Assembly (NCBI GenBank): GCA_031366425.1
Contig: JANLZV010000361.1
Location: 1-39,706, forward strand
Source: Pyrinomonadaceae bacterium
GTDB taxonomy: Bacteria > Acidobacteriota > Blastocatellia > Pyrinomonadales > Pyrinomonadaceae
Reading direction: 5' to 3'
DNA length: 39,706 nt
A program made the translations under genes and the position numbers. The notes under the pieces were generated by a model. The model saw nothing but the letters and a program-made list of their open reading frames with translations, had not been told where the DNA came from and did no database searches. Shown here in pieces: positions 18,347 to 27,956 of the stretch (positions within the stretch are counted from its first letter, which is position 1; the number at the start of each line of letters is the position of its first letter).

Positions 18347-19492
18347 ATGAACGCTTTCGAATTTCAAACACCAACTCGACTCGTTTTTGGAAACAGCAGT
18401 ATTAAACGGCTGGGCGAGTTGGCACGCGAACTCGGCTTCCGGCGCACGTTGCTCGTCGCCGATTGGGGACTCGTGGAGCTCGGCTACGTCGCAGCAGCTG
18501 AGCAGTTGTTGACCGCAGGCGGCGGCGAGGTTGTTACTTTTCACGGCTTCGAGGTGAACCCTGACACTCAAATGATCGAAGCCGGCCGCGCTTTCGCCGC
18601 AAACTTCAATATCGATTCAATCATCGGACTTGGCGGCGGCAGTTCACTCGACTGCGCCAAAGGCATTAACTTTCTATTGACCAACGGCGGCCGCATGCAG
18701 GATTACCATGGCCATGGAAAAGCGACGCGACCGCTCCTGCCGATGATTGGCATTCCGACCACTGCCGGCACCGGCAGCGAAGCACAATCCTATGCGTTGA
18801 TTTCCGATGCCGAGTCGCACGTAAAATTGGCCTGCGGCAATCCGGATGCGGTGTTTCGAATTGCGTTGTTGGATCCGGAGCTGACCATTTCGCAGCCATT
18901 CAACATCACCGCCACCTCCGGCTTCGATGCCATCGCCCATGCCGTAGAGACTTATGTCAGCCGCAATCGAACCCCTTTGTCCGAACTCTACTCGCGCGCG
19001 TCGTGGTCATTGCTTGAAACTAACTACGAACTCGTGCTGGCTGAACCGCAGAATCTCGAGGCCCGCGGCGCCATGCAACTAGGCGCTTACTTCGCGGGAG
19101 TGGCCATCGAAAATTCTATGCTCGGCGCCACGCATGCTTGCGCAAATCCGCTGACGGCGCGTTACGGAACGTCGCACGGCGCAGCGATCGCTATGTTGTT
19201 ACCGTCGGTAGTCCGCTGGAATGGCCCAGCCGCTGACGACCTCTACCACGATCTAGTTAACTTGGCTTCCCGTCGTGATTCTGTGAGCGACAGTCCGGCT
19301 GAAGCTCTGGCGCGTCGACTGGAACAACTAGCGGCTGCTGGTGGCTTGCGGGGAAGCTTGAGTTCGAGCGGCGTGGCTTCTACAGATCTGGTGACGCTCG
19401 CGTCGGAAGCGGCCGAGCAATGGACGGGAAACTACAATCCCCGGCCATTTGATAAGTCAGGGGCGTTGGAGGTTTACGAGTGGGCTTACTGA
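18347..19492 (+). CDS. Iron-containing (group III) alcohol dehydrogenase family protein
   Basis: Family motifs IGLGGGSSLDCAKGI, GFDAIAHAVETYVS, GATHACANPL, SHGAAIAMLLPSV. No signal peptide, so predicted cytoplasmic. Substrate not assignable from the sequence. Confidence 0.88.
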   Translation: MNAFEFQTPTRLVFGNSSIKRLGELARELGFRRTLLVADWGLVELGYVAAAEQLLTAGGGEVVTFHGFEVNPDTQMIEAGRAFAANFNIDSIIGLGGGSSLDCAKGINFLLTNGGRMQDYHGHGKATRPLLPMIGIPTTAGTGSEAQSYALISDAESHVKLACGNPDAVFRIALLDPELTISQPFNITATSGFDAIAHAVETYVSRNRTPLSELYSRASWSLLETNYELVLAEPQNLEARGAMQLGAYFAGVAIENSMLGATHACANPLTARYGTSHGAAIAMLLPSVVRWNGPAADDLYHDLVNLASRRDSVSDSPAEALARRLEQLAAAGGLRGSLSSSGVASTDLVTLASEAAEQWTGNYNPRPFDKSGALEVYEWAY

Positions 19493-20673
19493 TCAAGAGT
19501 AAAAAGGTAAACGAAAAACCGGATGGATCCGCAGAGACAACCGCCGCGATTGAAATATTTCTGCGCATCGTTTTTCTGTTGAGTGTTTCTTTTTCCCTTT
19601 ACGCTTTTCCGACGGGGCTGCGCGCCCAGGAAGCCCCAGCCGATAACTGGTCTCAGTTTCGTGGCAGCCCGAGTCTGACCGGCGTCTCTCAATCGAGCGT
19701 GCCGCAAAATCTCCATCATCTTTGGACCTACGACGCCGGGGATTCGATCGAATCATCCGCGGCAATTGTTGGAGGAACAGTTTTTGTCGGGTCGCAAAAG
19801 GGTGAACTCACCGCGCTTAACCTCGAGAACGGCGCGATTTACTGGAAATACAAGATTGATGCGCCGATTGGTGAATCTTCTCCCGCGTATAGCCGAGGCG
19901 TGGTCTACATCGGCGATCTGGGCGGCTGGCTTCATGCAGTCAACGCTACCGACGGAAAAAAGATTTGGGCATTCAAGGCCGGCAATGAGATCAAGTCGTC
20001 CCCAGTCGTCGTCGGAGATCGGGTGCTGATAGGTTCTTACGACCAGCACTTGTATTGCGTCTCCACTCGCAACGGATCGCTAATTTGGAAACTGAAAACG
20101 AACGGACCAGTCCATTCGACCCCGGGTATCTCAGGTGGCCTCGCATTTATCGCCGGCTGCGACGAACTTTTTCGCGCCATCAATATCGCCGACGGCAAAC
20201 AAGTCTTCAGCGTTTCATCGGATGCCTACACCGGCGCGTCGCCGGCGATCGTTGGGTCATCGGCTTTTTACGGCACCTTCGATAATGAGGTGTTGATGGT
20301 CGACCTCAGCGCTCGCAAGGTCGCCTGGCGTTATCAGCATCCGGAGCGAAAGTTTCCGTTTTACTCCTCTGCGGCCGTCTCGTCTGATCGCGTAGTGATC
20401 GGGGGACGCGACAAGCTGATCCACGGACTGAGTCCCGCGGGACAAGAGGTCTGGTCGTTTGCTACTCGTGCTCGGGTGGAATCGTCGCCGGCCATTGCCG
20501 GCTCCCGAGTCTTTGTCGGTTCTAACGACGGACGTTTTTACGTGCTGAACCTGAGCACCGGCGCGAAGCTCTGGGAGTATGACGCGGGAGCTCCGCTTTC
20601 GGCATCGCCGGCCATCGCGCGCGGGCGGATCGTGATCGGCGGACAAGACGGCAAGCTCCACTGCTTTGGCTGA
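19480..20673 (+). CDS. Exported PQQ_2/BamB-like beta-propeller protein (paralogue 7)
   Basis: GTG 19480 overlaps the ADH 3' end by 13 nt, and there is no in-frame ATG before the hydrophobic segment IFLRIVFLLSVSFSLYAF. Then DNWSQFRGSPSLTG and very regular blades (GTVFVGSQKGELTALNLENGAIYW, GVVYIGDLGGWLHAVNATDGKKIW, DRVLIGSYDQHLYCVSTRNGSLIW, SRVFVGSNDGRFYVLNLSTGAKLW, GRIVIGGQDGKLHCF). No lipobox, so it is not a canonical BamB lipoprotein. Confidence 0.8.
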   Translation: MGLLIKSKKVNEKPDGSAETTAAIEIFLRIVFLLSVSFSLYAFPTGLRAQEAPADNWSQFRGSPSLTGVSQSSVPQNLHHLWTYDAGDSIESSAAIVGGTVFVGSQKGELTALNLENGAIYWKYKIDAPIGESSPAYSRGVVYIGDLGGWLHAVNATDGKKIWAFKAGNEIKSSPVVVGDRVLIGSYDQHLYCVSTRNGSLIWKLKTNGPVHSTPGISGGLAFIAGCDELFRAINIADGKQVFSVSSDAYTGASPAIVGSSAFYGTFDNEVLMVDLSARKVAWRYQHPERKFPFYSSAAVSSDRVVIGGRDKLIHGLSPAGQEVWSFATRARVESSPAIAGSRVFVGSNDGRFYVLNLSTGAKLWEYDAGAPLSASPAIARGRIVIGGQDGKLHCFG

Positions 20674-20698
20674 AGATGCACCAGCTGTCTTAACTCGA

Positions 20699-20727
20699 TT
20701 GACTTGCCGGAGATTTCGGCTTAGAAA
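20699..20727 (+). promoter_or_regulatory. Candidate sigma-70-type promoter for the M28 peptidase gene
   Basis: ttgact (20699..20704), a 17-nt spacer, then tagaaa (20722..20727), about 40 nt upstream of ATG 20767. Pattern match only. Confidence 0.3.
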
Positions 20728-20766
20728 TTCATCGTTTAATCCACTCAACCAGGACGAGGCCCAACT

Positions 20767-22503
20767 ATGAAGACGCGTACTATTTCACTCGTGCTCTCTG
20801 CCGCGATTCTTGCGCTCGCGATCTCCTGCACCCAGGCGCCGCCGACAAATCAAACTGCCAGGCGCGATGAACCCGTGAGCGGCGCTGGCGTTCCACCCGA
20901 ACTCAAGCCTGCGCTTGATTCGATCAGCGCTGCTGACATCTTGCAGCACACAAAGGCGCTTTCGGCTGATGAGTTTGAAGGGCGTGGGCCAGGCACGAAA
21001 GGTGAAGAGCTGGCGGTCAAATACCTGACCGACCAATACCAGCGGATGGGCCTTAAGCCCGGCAATCCCGACGGTACCTACGTGCAGAAGGTGCCGCTCG
21101 CCGGCATGACTACGACTACGAAAGCTTCGTTCAAGGTGGGTGAAAAAACAATTGAGCTCAAGCCGGCACAGGACTACGTCAGCGTTTCGCGGCGGTACAC
21201 GCCGGAATCCAAGGTTGATAATTCAGATTTGGTGTTTGTGGGTTACGGAGTGGTAGCGCCGGAATTCGGATGGGACGATTACAAGGGCGTGGACGTTAAG
21301 GGTAAGACAATCGTCATGCTGATCAACGACCCGGCGGTGCCGGACGCCAGCGATCCGGCCAAGCTCGACGAGAAAATGTTCAAAGGCAAAGCCATGACCT
21401 ACTACGGTCGTTGGACCTACAAGTATGAAATTGCGTCGGCCAAAGGCGCGGCCGCGGCAATCATCATTCATGAGACTGGGCCGGCGGGTTATCCGTTTGA
21501 AGTTGTTTCGGGAAGTTGGGGGAGGGAAAATTTTGACATTCAAAAGCCCGATAAGAACATGAGCCGGGTCGCGGTCGAGTCGTGGATTACCACGGATTGC
21601 GCCAAAAACTTGTTTTCGGCCAGCGGCCAGGACTTCGACGCGTTGAAGAAGGCTGCGCTCAGCAAAGACTTCAAGCCAGTTTCGCTTAACGCAAAAGTGA
21701 ACATGGAAGTGAAAAACGAGCTGCGCGAGATCAACTCTGCAAACGTGGTGGCCAAACTCGAAGGCTCGGACCCGGTTTTGAAAAATGAGTATGTGATCTA
21801 TACCGCGCATTGGGACCATCTGGGTCGCGATCCCAAGCTTCAGGGTGATCAAATCTTCAATGGCGCGCTCGACAACGCGTCAGGCAGCGCGGCGCTTTTG
21901 GAAATCGCCGAAGCGTTTAGCAAGCTCGCCACTCCGCCTAAGCGCTCCATCTTGTTTCTCTCGGTCACTGCCGAGGAGAAAGGATTGCTGGGAGCGAAGT
22001 ATTACGCAGAGAACCCGCTTTATCCGTTGAATAAGACCTTGGCAAACATCAACATGGACGGCGTCAATCAATGGGGCCGCACCAAAGACATCACCATGGT
22101 CGGCGATGACAACAGTTCGTTAGTGGATCTGTTGCGCGAAACGGCCAAGGCCCAGGACCGGATCGTTAATCCAGATCCCGAACCGGAGAAAGGCCGCTAC
22201 TATCGCTCCGATCACTTCGAGTTTGCCAAGCAGGGCGTACCTGCGCTTTACACTGGCTCGGGCACGGACTACGTCGGCAAAGACGCTAACTACAGCAAAC
22301 AGAAGCGCGATGAGTATACGAACAACGACTATCACAAAGTCTCGGATGAGGTTAAACCTGACTGGGATCTTTCGGGTGCGGTTGACGACGCGCAGTTGCT
22401 GACGACCATTGGTTATCGGGTGGCGCAAGCAGAGAAATATCCCGAATGGAAAGCGGGCACGGAGTTCAAAGGCAAGCGCGATGAATCAATGAAGACCCAG
22501 TAA
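20767..22503 (+). CDS. M28 family metallo-aminopeptidase with PA (protease-associated) insert
   Basis: Signal peptide or lipoprotein-like N-terminus [24 protein letters not shown]28 zinc-ligand context: [60 protein letters not shown]. Confidence 0.88.
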   Translation: MKTRTISLVLSAAILALAISCTQAPPTNQTARRDEPVSGAGVPPELKPALDSISAADILQHTKALSADEFEGRGPGTKGEELAVKYLTDQYQRMGLKPGNPDGTYVQKVPLAGMTTTTKASFKVGEKTIELKPAQDYVSVSRRYTPESKVDNSDLVFVGYGVVAPEFGWDDYKGVDVKGKTIVMLINDPAVPDASDPAKLDEKMFKGKAMTYYGRWTYKYEIASAKGAAAAIIIHETGPAGYPFEVVSGSWGRENFDIQKPDKNMSRVAVESWITTDCAKNLFSASGQDFDALKKAALSKDFKPVSLNAKVNMEVKNELREINSANVVAKLEGSDPVLKNEYVIYTAHWDHLGRDPKLQGDQIFNGALDNASGSAALLEIAEAFSKLATPPKRSILFLSVTAEEKGLLGAKYYAENPLYPLNKTLANINMDGVNQWGRTKDITMVGDDNSSLVDLLRETAKAQDRIVNPDPEPEKGRYYRSDHFEFAKQGVPALYTGSGTDYVGKDANYSKQKRDEYTNNDYHKVSDEVKPDWDLSGAVDDAQLLTTIGYRVAQAEKYPEWKAGTEFKGKRDESMKTQ

Positions 22504-22510
22504 GACCATC

Positions 22511-22590
22511 CGCAGATTTCGCCGATTACGCAGATTAGACTTCGAACCGCTGCGTTGAAGATCTACTTTTTTGAATCGGCGGAATCTGCG
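22511..22590. repeat. REP-like nested hairpin between convergent genes
   Basis: cgcagatttcgccgatt (22511..22527) pairs with aatcggcggaatctgcg (22574..22590), 16 of 17 complementary. An inner stem acgcag/ctgcgt (22528..22533 / 22550..22555) and a T6 run at 22567..22572 are also present. The cgcagat/atctgcg word recurs several times. Confidence 0.6.
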
Positions 22591-22610
22591 TAACCGGCGG
22601 ATAGCTCGTT

Positions 22611-24239
22611 TTAGCCAGCCTCGACAAAATACCTGGCAATCGTCGCATCCTTCGGCTTCTTCGTTAGCATCGACACGACAATCATCAGCAACGCCGAGAC
22701 GATTACCATCGGCACCACCGGCATGAAACCAAATACTGCCGTGCCTCCCGGTGTCCTGGTCAAAACCTCCACGCCTCCCATGGACCACACGAGCGTCGCC
22801 GGCCCCGGAGCGGGCGCGGGCACGCTGTGCTGGAAGATGGCCACCGTGATTACTGCCAGCGCTGTCCAGACTGTGGCGGCAAGCGCCCCCCACTTCGTAC
22901 TTCCCTTCCAGAAAAGCGCAGCCACCAGTAAGGGGGACAAGGCCGCGTATCCTGAAAACGCATACTGGATTGCCAGCTCGAAGATTGTCTCCGGCGCGCG
23001 CAAAGCCACTGCGTAGGCAAACATCGTAATCAGCACGATAAAGATTCGTCCGGTCTGCACCTGCACACCTTCGCCAAATCGCCGCTTGCCTCCATAGAAG
23101 GCAAACACGTCTTCGGTAAACATCGTGGAGAGCGCGAGAATTTGCGAATCGCTGGCCATCACCGCGGCCATGATGCCGGCGCCTAAAAGTCCTGCCAGCC
23201 AGAAGGGCGCGTAACGCTGGAGCAGTAACATGATCACGTCGTCGCCGGCGGCCTTCTCACGCAGCTCATCGCGCGCTTCCGGCGTCATCGTCTTACCCTG
23301 CGTCGCCAGCACACGTCGCGCTTCCTGCTTAGCGCGAATTTCCGGGACGTCTGTCACGCGGTTAGCCATCACTCCCAGAAACACGCAGGGCAACCAGATT
23401 GCGAGAATACAAATGGGATAGAAGATTACAGTCTTTTTAAATTGGGCCATCTTCCGCGCCGTCAGACAGAAGATCAAAATATGCGGAAACGCGATTGCTG
23501 ATAGCGGGATAAAGGTGTAGCTGAAGAAATAAAGCGGCGAGATGCGTTCACGCGTAAGCAAGGGGGCGAGAGCCGGCGCAGCCAGCATCGATTGCGCGGC
23601 GGTGCGAAATCCACCCATGCCTACGCCAATCACAATTAAGGCCACCGCTCCAAAAAGCAGAAACAAAACCGTCTGAAAAGTGTTAACCCAGGCAGTGCCG
23701 CGCATGCCGCCAAAGAAAACGTAACTCATTACCACCATGGCCACGATCGCGCCGCCAAACCAGTAAGGCACTAGTCCGCCACTGATCGTGTGTAGCGTGG
23801 TGCCGCCGCCCATGATGCCAATGATGATGTAAGGCACGAGCAACACTGCCTGCACCACGAAGATCACGGTCCCGATGTGGCCACATTCCCATCGATCACG
23901 AAACATCTGCACCGGCGTCATGAAACCGTGCTTCTTTCCCAGGGCCCAGACGCGAGTGCCGATGAAGAAGATCGAGAGCGGAATGATCAGCCCAGACGAC
24001 GAAGCCATTAAGCCAAACGTTACGATGCCATTCGAGAACGCATGACCTGAAGATCCGAGGATCGCGAAGGCCGTCATGTTTGTTCCGAAGAGCGAAAAGA
24101 GGAAGACGAAGGGTCCCAGCGAGCGGCTGGCAAGAAAATAGTCTTCGGCTTGTTCTTTTCCCTTGGCGCGTCGAAAGGCAAAGATTCCGATGTAGAGAAC
24201 GATAGCGAGGTAAATGAAAACTACGATGGCGGGAATCAC
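22611..24239 (-). CDS. Sodium:solute symporter (SSS) family transporter
   Basis: 542-aa polytopic membrane protein with about 13 hydrophobic helices. SSS-type segment [20 protein letters not shown]. The GTG start overlaps the stop of the small upstream membrane protein (GTGA). Confidence 0.85.
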   Translation of the reverse strand: MIPAIVVFIYLAIVLYIGIFAFRRAKGKEQAEDYFLASRSLGPFVFLFSLFGTNMTAFAILGSSGHAFSNGIVTFGLMASSSGLIIPLSIFFIGTRVWALGKKHGFMTPVQMFRDRWECGHIGTVIFVVQAVLLVPYIIIGIMGGGTTLHTISGGLVPYWFGGAIVAMVVMSYVFFGGMRGTAWVNTFQTVLFLLFGAVALIVIGVGMGGFRTAAQSMLAAPALAPLLTRERISPLYFFSYTFIPLSAIAFPHILIFCLTARKMAQFKKTVIFYPICILAIWLPCVFLGVMANRVTDVPEIRAKQEARRVLATQGKTMTPEARDELREKAAGDDVIMLLLQRYAPFWLAGLLGAGIMAAVMASDSQILALSTMFTEDVFAFYGGKRRFGEGVQVQTGRIFIVLITMFAYAVALRAPETIFELAIQYAFSGYAALSPLLVAALFWKGSTKWGALAATVWTALAVITVAIFQHSVPAPAPGPATLVWSMGGVEVLTRTPGGTAVFGFMPVVPMVIVSALLMIVVSMLTKKPKDATIARYFVEAG

Positions 24240-24475
24240 TTGGGGCCGTCCTCCTCGTTGCCGCTCTCACGGATTTCATCTTCCAGATGAGACGGCCAGG
24301 CAAACTTAACCAACATCCACATCAGCAATGCGGCCGCGACCGAAAAACAGCCGTGGTAAAAAAGACCGATGGGCACGAAGCCAAACACGAGCGGGTGTGC
24401 GGTGCGCCAGTACCAGAAGTCCTGATGCGACGCGTAGAGCGCGATGACCGCAAAGAAAAGCAGGAGTCGTTTCAT
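24236..24475 (-). CDS. Small two-TM membrane protein, DUF3311-like partner of the symporter
   Basis: The track ORF starts at GTG 24502. ATG 24475 gives [23 protein letters not shown]... Two hydrophobic helices. It overlaps the symporter start by 4 nt, which is the usual DUF3311 + SSS arrangement. Confidence 0.7.
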   Translation of the reverse strand: MKRLLLFFAVIALYASHQDFWYWRTAHPLVFGFVPIGLFYHGCFSVAAALLMWMLVKFAWPSHLEDEIRESGNEEDGPK

Positions 24476-24770
24476 ATTCGTCCTGAGTCCGGGATGCCGC
24501 ACCCCGCCGAAGTATTTTTTCTAATCTTTCTGATCCGCTGACAACTGTGGAAGACAGAAGCTGACCGTCTACGTTTGGAGTCTGGGAATACTATCTCAGC
24601 TAGGGAAAAAGGTTAAGCATTATTACCGGATCCCATTTCTACGTAACTCGATCCGAAGATTTCCCTGACAGCGAGTCAGCCTCGTCCAGCGCAGTGCGTG
24701 AGTGGGCTTTGAGTCCGCGGGTTAGTTTCGAGAGCAAATGGGCCCGCGGGACAACCACCGGTGCGGCAAG

Positions 24771-25199
24771 TTAAGAGTCGAGGAACTTCGCGCGATGCTC
24801 GGGTGACGGCAGCATGCAGGATTCGTATTTGCCGAAAACTCGATAACGGTTTCGCGCGACGAGTTTGTACATCAAGTCTCGTAATGCTTTGGGGATCAGA
24901 CCACCGGCCTCCGCCAGTTTCCAAATCCCGCCCAGAGTTCCACCCAGGTGAATAATTGCGTCGGAGCGCATTAGCAGCTGCTCGTTGGGTAAGTCGTGGT
25001 CGATAACGACATAAAACGTGTCGAGGTCGCGCGCGTCCGCGCCGTGTCTCTTGAGCAATTTTTCCGCGAATTCACTCTGCAACGACGCGAAACGAAAACG
25101 ATCATGATGGTCGCGCTTTAGCACAAACTGAACCAGACCATTGCAGAGGCCGCAAACTCCATCGTAGAGCACTAACGTAGTAGGTTCGGATTTCGTCAT
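24771..25199 (-). CDS. DCC-family thiol-disulfide oxidoreductase (DUF393)
   Basis: N-terminal LVLYDGVCGLCNGLVQFVLKRD carries the Cys-x-x-Cys signature of the DCC1-like family. Its size (142 aa) is typical. Confidence 0.85.
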   Translation of the reverse strand: MTKSEPTTLVLYDGVCGLCNGLVQFVLKRDHHDRFRFASLQSEFAEKLLKRHGADARDLDTFYVVIDHDLPNEQLLMRSDAIIHLGGTLGGIWKLAEAGGLIPKALRDLMYKLVARNRYRVFGKYESCMLPSPEHRAKFLDS

Positions 25200-25220
25200 G
25201 TTTTGCGAGCTATCGAAGGT

Positions 25221-26069
25221 TCAGTATCGATGCGAAGGTCGTCCGATGTGAATGTGTGGACCCGTCGCAGTGCCGGGGATAGCCTGGCGAAACGCAAGGA
25301 AAGGAATGCCGTTGCTGCGCAGGAACCCGAGCAGTGCCTGTCCTTCCGAGCCGTCCGGATGAAGTGACACGTCCATCGAATTGTGATGGTCAAGCCGCCA
25401 ACGATCATGGATTGAACCTTGTCCAAAAACAGCAATCGGCAACGGATGCTTGAAGGCCTCAAGAAAAAAACGTTGCACCTTCCAGGCGTCAGTCAAGACC
25501 CAGGCGCCGCCGCCGTTGTAACGGATCATCGCCGCAGTGCTGACTAAGCCGCCCTTGGGAATCGGTTTACTCTTTGAGATTTTCACATCGGCCTCGGCTT
25601 CAAGGAGCGTATCGGCAATTTGGGTGTCGGCATTTGCGTTACGACGATCGACCTCGGCCACGCGGTCCTTTGCCTCAGCCACCACGCGTTCATTCGCATC
25701 GAGATCGTTTTTTGCGATCAGGCCCGCGGCGAAAAGTTCTTTCGCTTGCGTCAACTTTGCTTCTGCCCTGGCGATATCCTTTTCGTAGCTTGCCCTTAGA
25801 CGGTCAAGGCTCTCCTTGTAATCTTTCGTCGCCTTCACAAATTCGGCTTGCAGTTTCGCTACTTCCTTAGCCGACTTCGCGAGTTCACTTTGGACCTCTG
25901 CAGACTTAGGCTTGCTCGGAGTACGCTTCTTTTGTGCGTCGACGGTACCGGCAAAGATCAGAATGGCCATCAATAGCAACATGAGCATCGCGGCGACGTG
26001 AGCGAGACTGACAACCCGTCCGAAGTAGCTGCCTTCTCCCCATCCGCCGATATGCGATTCGCGCTTCAT
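25221..26069 (-). CDS. Membrane-anchored coiled-coil protein with a C-terminal M23/LAS-like metallopeptidase motif pair
   Basis: TM helix VVSLAHVAAMLMLLLMAILIFAG. About 110 aa of heptad-like charged sequence (AKLQAEFVKATKDYKESLDRLRASYEKDIARAEAKLTQAKE...). The C-terminal domain contains HHNSMD (HxxxD) and GTATGPHIHIG, which resembles the STGPHLHFE HxH motif of M23 peptidases. The spacing between the two motifs is shorter than in canonical M23. Confidence 0.55.
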   Translation of the reverse strand: MKRESHIGGWGEGSYFGRVVSLAHVAAMLMLLLMAILIFAGTVDAQKKRTPSKPKSAEVQSELAKSAKEVAKLQAEFVKATKDYKESLDRLRASYEKDIARAEAKLTQAKELFAAGLIAKNDLDANERVVAEAKDRVAEVDRRNANADTQIADTLLEAEADVKISKSKPIPKGGLVSTAAMIRYNGGGAWVLTDAWKVQRFFLEAFKHPLPIAVFGQGSIHDRWRLDHHNSMDVSLHPDGSEGQALLGFLRSNGIPFLAFRQAIPGTATGPHIHIGRPSHRY

Positions 26070-26070
26070 C

Positions 26071-26898
26071 CTACTTAGAGACTTGTTCCAACTCAGAATT
26101 GATTTCCCCGCCGATCAGAATTGCGAGGCCGGTAAAGTAAAACCACAGCATCAGCACGATCAATGCTCCCAGTGAGCCGTAGGTGACGCTGTAAGAATTG
26201 AAGAAGTGGAGATAAAGCCGGAAGCCCATTGAAACCAAAAGCCAGAGAGCGATTGCGGTAACCGTACCCAGCGTCCACCATCTTCGCTTTTCCTTGCCGC
26301 CGTCTGGTGCGTAATAGTAGATGAGATTAAACGTCATCATCAAAAAGATGAGCGCGATGGGCCATTGGAGAATCTTCCAGACGAGGGTGAAGGCCACGCT
26401 GAATCCAAAATGGGTCGCGACTCGATCTCCAATGTGCCCTCCATACATAACCAGTGCCAACGCCGCGATGATCATAATCGACACCGCGATCGTCAAGCAG
26501 ATAGAAACAAGTCTGACTTTCCACCACGGACGCGTCTCCCTTACGCCGTAAGCGGCGTTCAACGTCTCGCTAATTGCGCCCATTCCATTTGAAGCGGCCC
26601 AGACCGCAGCTAGAATTCCAAGCGACAGCTTGCCACCGCCCTTCGAGTCGCTGATCTCATCGAGCGTGGTGTGCACCAGGGTTATGGCCGAATCCGGCAT
26701 GACCGTGGCCAGATAATTCAGCAACTTGAAACGCAGCTCTGAACCAGCATCGGCAAGATAGCCAAGCAGTGTCATCAGAAATAGCAGGAGGGGAAAAACG
26801 GCGAGTAAGAAATAGTAAGAGAGTTGGGCGGCGCCGCCAAAAATGTCGTGATCGTTTATGCGAGTCCAAAGCCGGCCCGCAAGGCCTTTCCAATTCAA
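26071..26898 (-). CDS. YihY/BrkB family inner-membrane protein
   Basis: N-terminal signature INDHDIFGGAAQLSYYFLLAVFPLLLFL and six hydrophobic helices. The TTG start is preceded by aaggggg. Its stop lies 1 nt before the next gene start. Confidence 0.85.
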   Translation of the reverse strand: MNWKGLAGRLWTRINDHDIFGGAAQLSYYFLLAVFPLLLFLMTLLGYLADAGSELRFKLLNYLATVMPDSAITLVHTTLDEISDSKGGGKLSLGILAAVWAASNGMGAISETLNAAYGVRETRPWWKVRLVSICLTIAVSIMIIAALALVMYGGHIGDRVATHFGFSVAFTLVWKILQWPIALIFLMMTFNLIYYYAPDGGKEKRRWWTLGTVTAIALWLLVSMGFRLYLHFFNSYSVTYGSLGALIVLMLWFYFTGLAILIGGEINSELEQVSK

Positions 26899-26968
26899 AG
26901 CGCGCCCCCTTGGACAATTAATTGATAAGCGCCGGAGTGCTCAACAACGCCCAGATTTTTAACCGGCT

Positions 26969-27865
26969 CTATTTCACCATCGTCCCGGTCCGGCTCCACC
27001 GAGTATTCGTGAAGAAATCGATCAGGAAATTGTTTTGCGGCGCACTCTCGTCGTATGACCAATAAACAAACATCGCCCGGCCAATCACCAGTTCGCGCGG
27101 CACGAAGCCCCAGTAGCGACTGTCTTCGCTGTTGTTGCGATTGTCACCCATGACAAAGTAATGGTTTGCGGGAATGGTAATTTCCTTGCCATCACCCTCC
27201 GCCTTGAAGATGGGATACACATCTTCATCGTGATCCGGCTCCCAGTAGACGTCATAAGGCTCGTTGGCCTTGCGGGGAGCGGAATTAATTATTCTCAGAG
27301 GGGCTTTGTCGTTACCGTCGTGCGCATCAATCTGATGTTCCGGCAGGGCCTGGCCGTTGATCACAACGTTTCGCCCTTCCATTCGCAGGCGATCGCCGGG
27401 CAATCCGATAACCCGCTTCACGTAGTTAGTGGTGATGGGCTTGTTATCCGGCCGATCATCGCGGCTGGGGTCATACTTATTTCCGGGATACTTAAACACG
27501 ATGATGTCGCCGCGTCTGATTTCGCGCTGGGGCAGAAACGGCAACGAGGCGCCGGGCGCAAAGATGAACTTGTTGACCAGCAGATGATCGCCGATTGTGA
27601 TCGTGTTCTGCATTGATCCCGTGGGCACCTTCACTGCCTGGACCACAAAAGTCATACCAAACAGCGCCATGATCACCGTGACGACGGCCGACTCGAAGTA
27701 TTCACGCCAAACTGATTTCGGCGGGCCCGGGGATTTTACTTCGGGCTCGGGTGTGGCTTTGTGACCATTGCGATTGAACATACTTGAAAAGGAAAACGGC
27801 TTCCGTTCCGATTTTGTTTCCGAAGTGGTGCTGGAAATTGGGCCGCTGGAAGGATTGTTCGTCAT
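26969..27865 (-). CDS. lepB: Signal peptidase I
   Basis: TM anchor SAVVTVIMALFGMTFVV. Catalytic Ser box GSMQNTITIGDHLLVNKF, RGDIIVFKYP, Lys box NYVKRVIGLPGD, and box E YFVMGDNRNNSEDSRYWGFVP. Confidence 0.93.
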   Translation of the reverse strand: MTNNPSSGPISSTTSETKSERKPFSFSSMFNRNGHKATPEPEVKSPGPPKSVWREYFESAVVTVIMALFGMTFVVQAVKVPTGSMQNTITIGDHLLVNKFIFAPGASLPFLPQREIRRGDIIVFKYPGNKYDPSRDDRPDNKPITTNYVKRVIGLPGDRLRMEGRNVVINGQALPEHQIDAHDGNDKAPLRIINSAPRKANEPYDVYWEPDHDEDVYPIFKAEGDGKEITIPANHYFVMGDNRNNSEDSRYWGFVPRELVIGRAMFVYWSYDESAPQNNFLIDFFTNTRWSRTGTMVK

Positions 27866-27956
27866 CTCAAAACATCCTAGATACCTTCATTGGTCGCGGT
27901 CAAGTGGCCGACCCAAAAAGTACCAACCGGCGCGTTCGATCATGGCCTTCAACAAA

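Noticed and set aside
4560-20673. Interpreting the seven propellers as PQQ-dependent alcohol/glucose dehydrogenases or as the BamB lipoprotein
   Set aside because: They are shorter than quinoprotein dehydrogenases and have no vicinal Cys-Cys, and no pqq genes are nearby. None has a lipobox Cys after the signal peptide, as true BamB does. I call them only PQQ_2/BamB-like propellers of unknown function.
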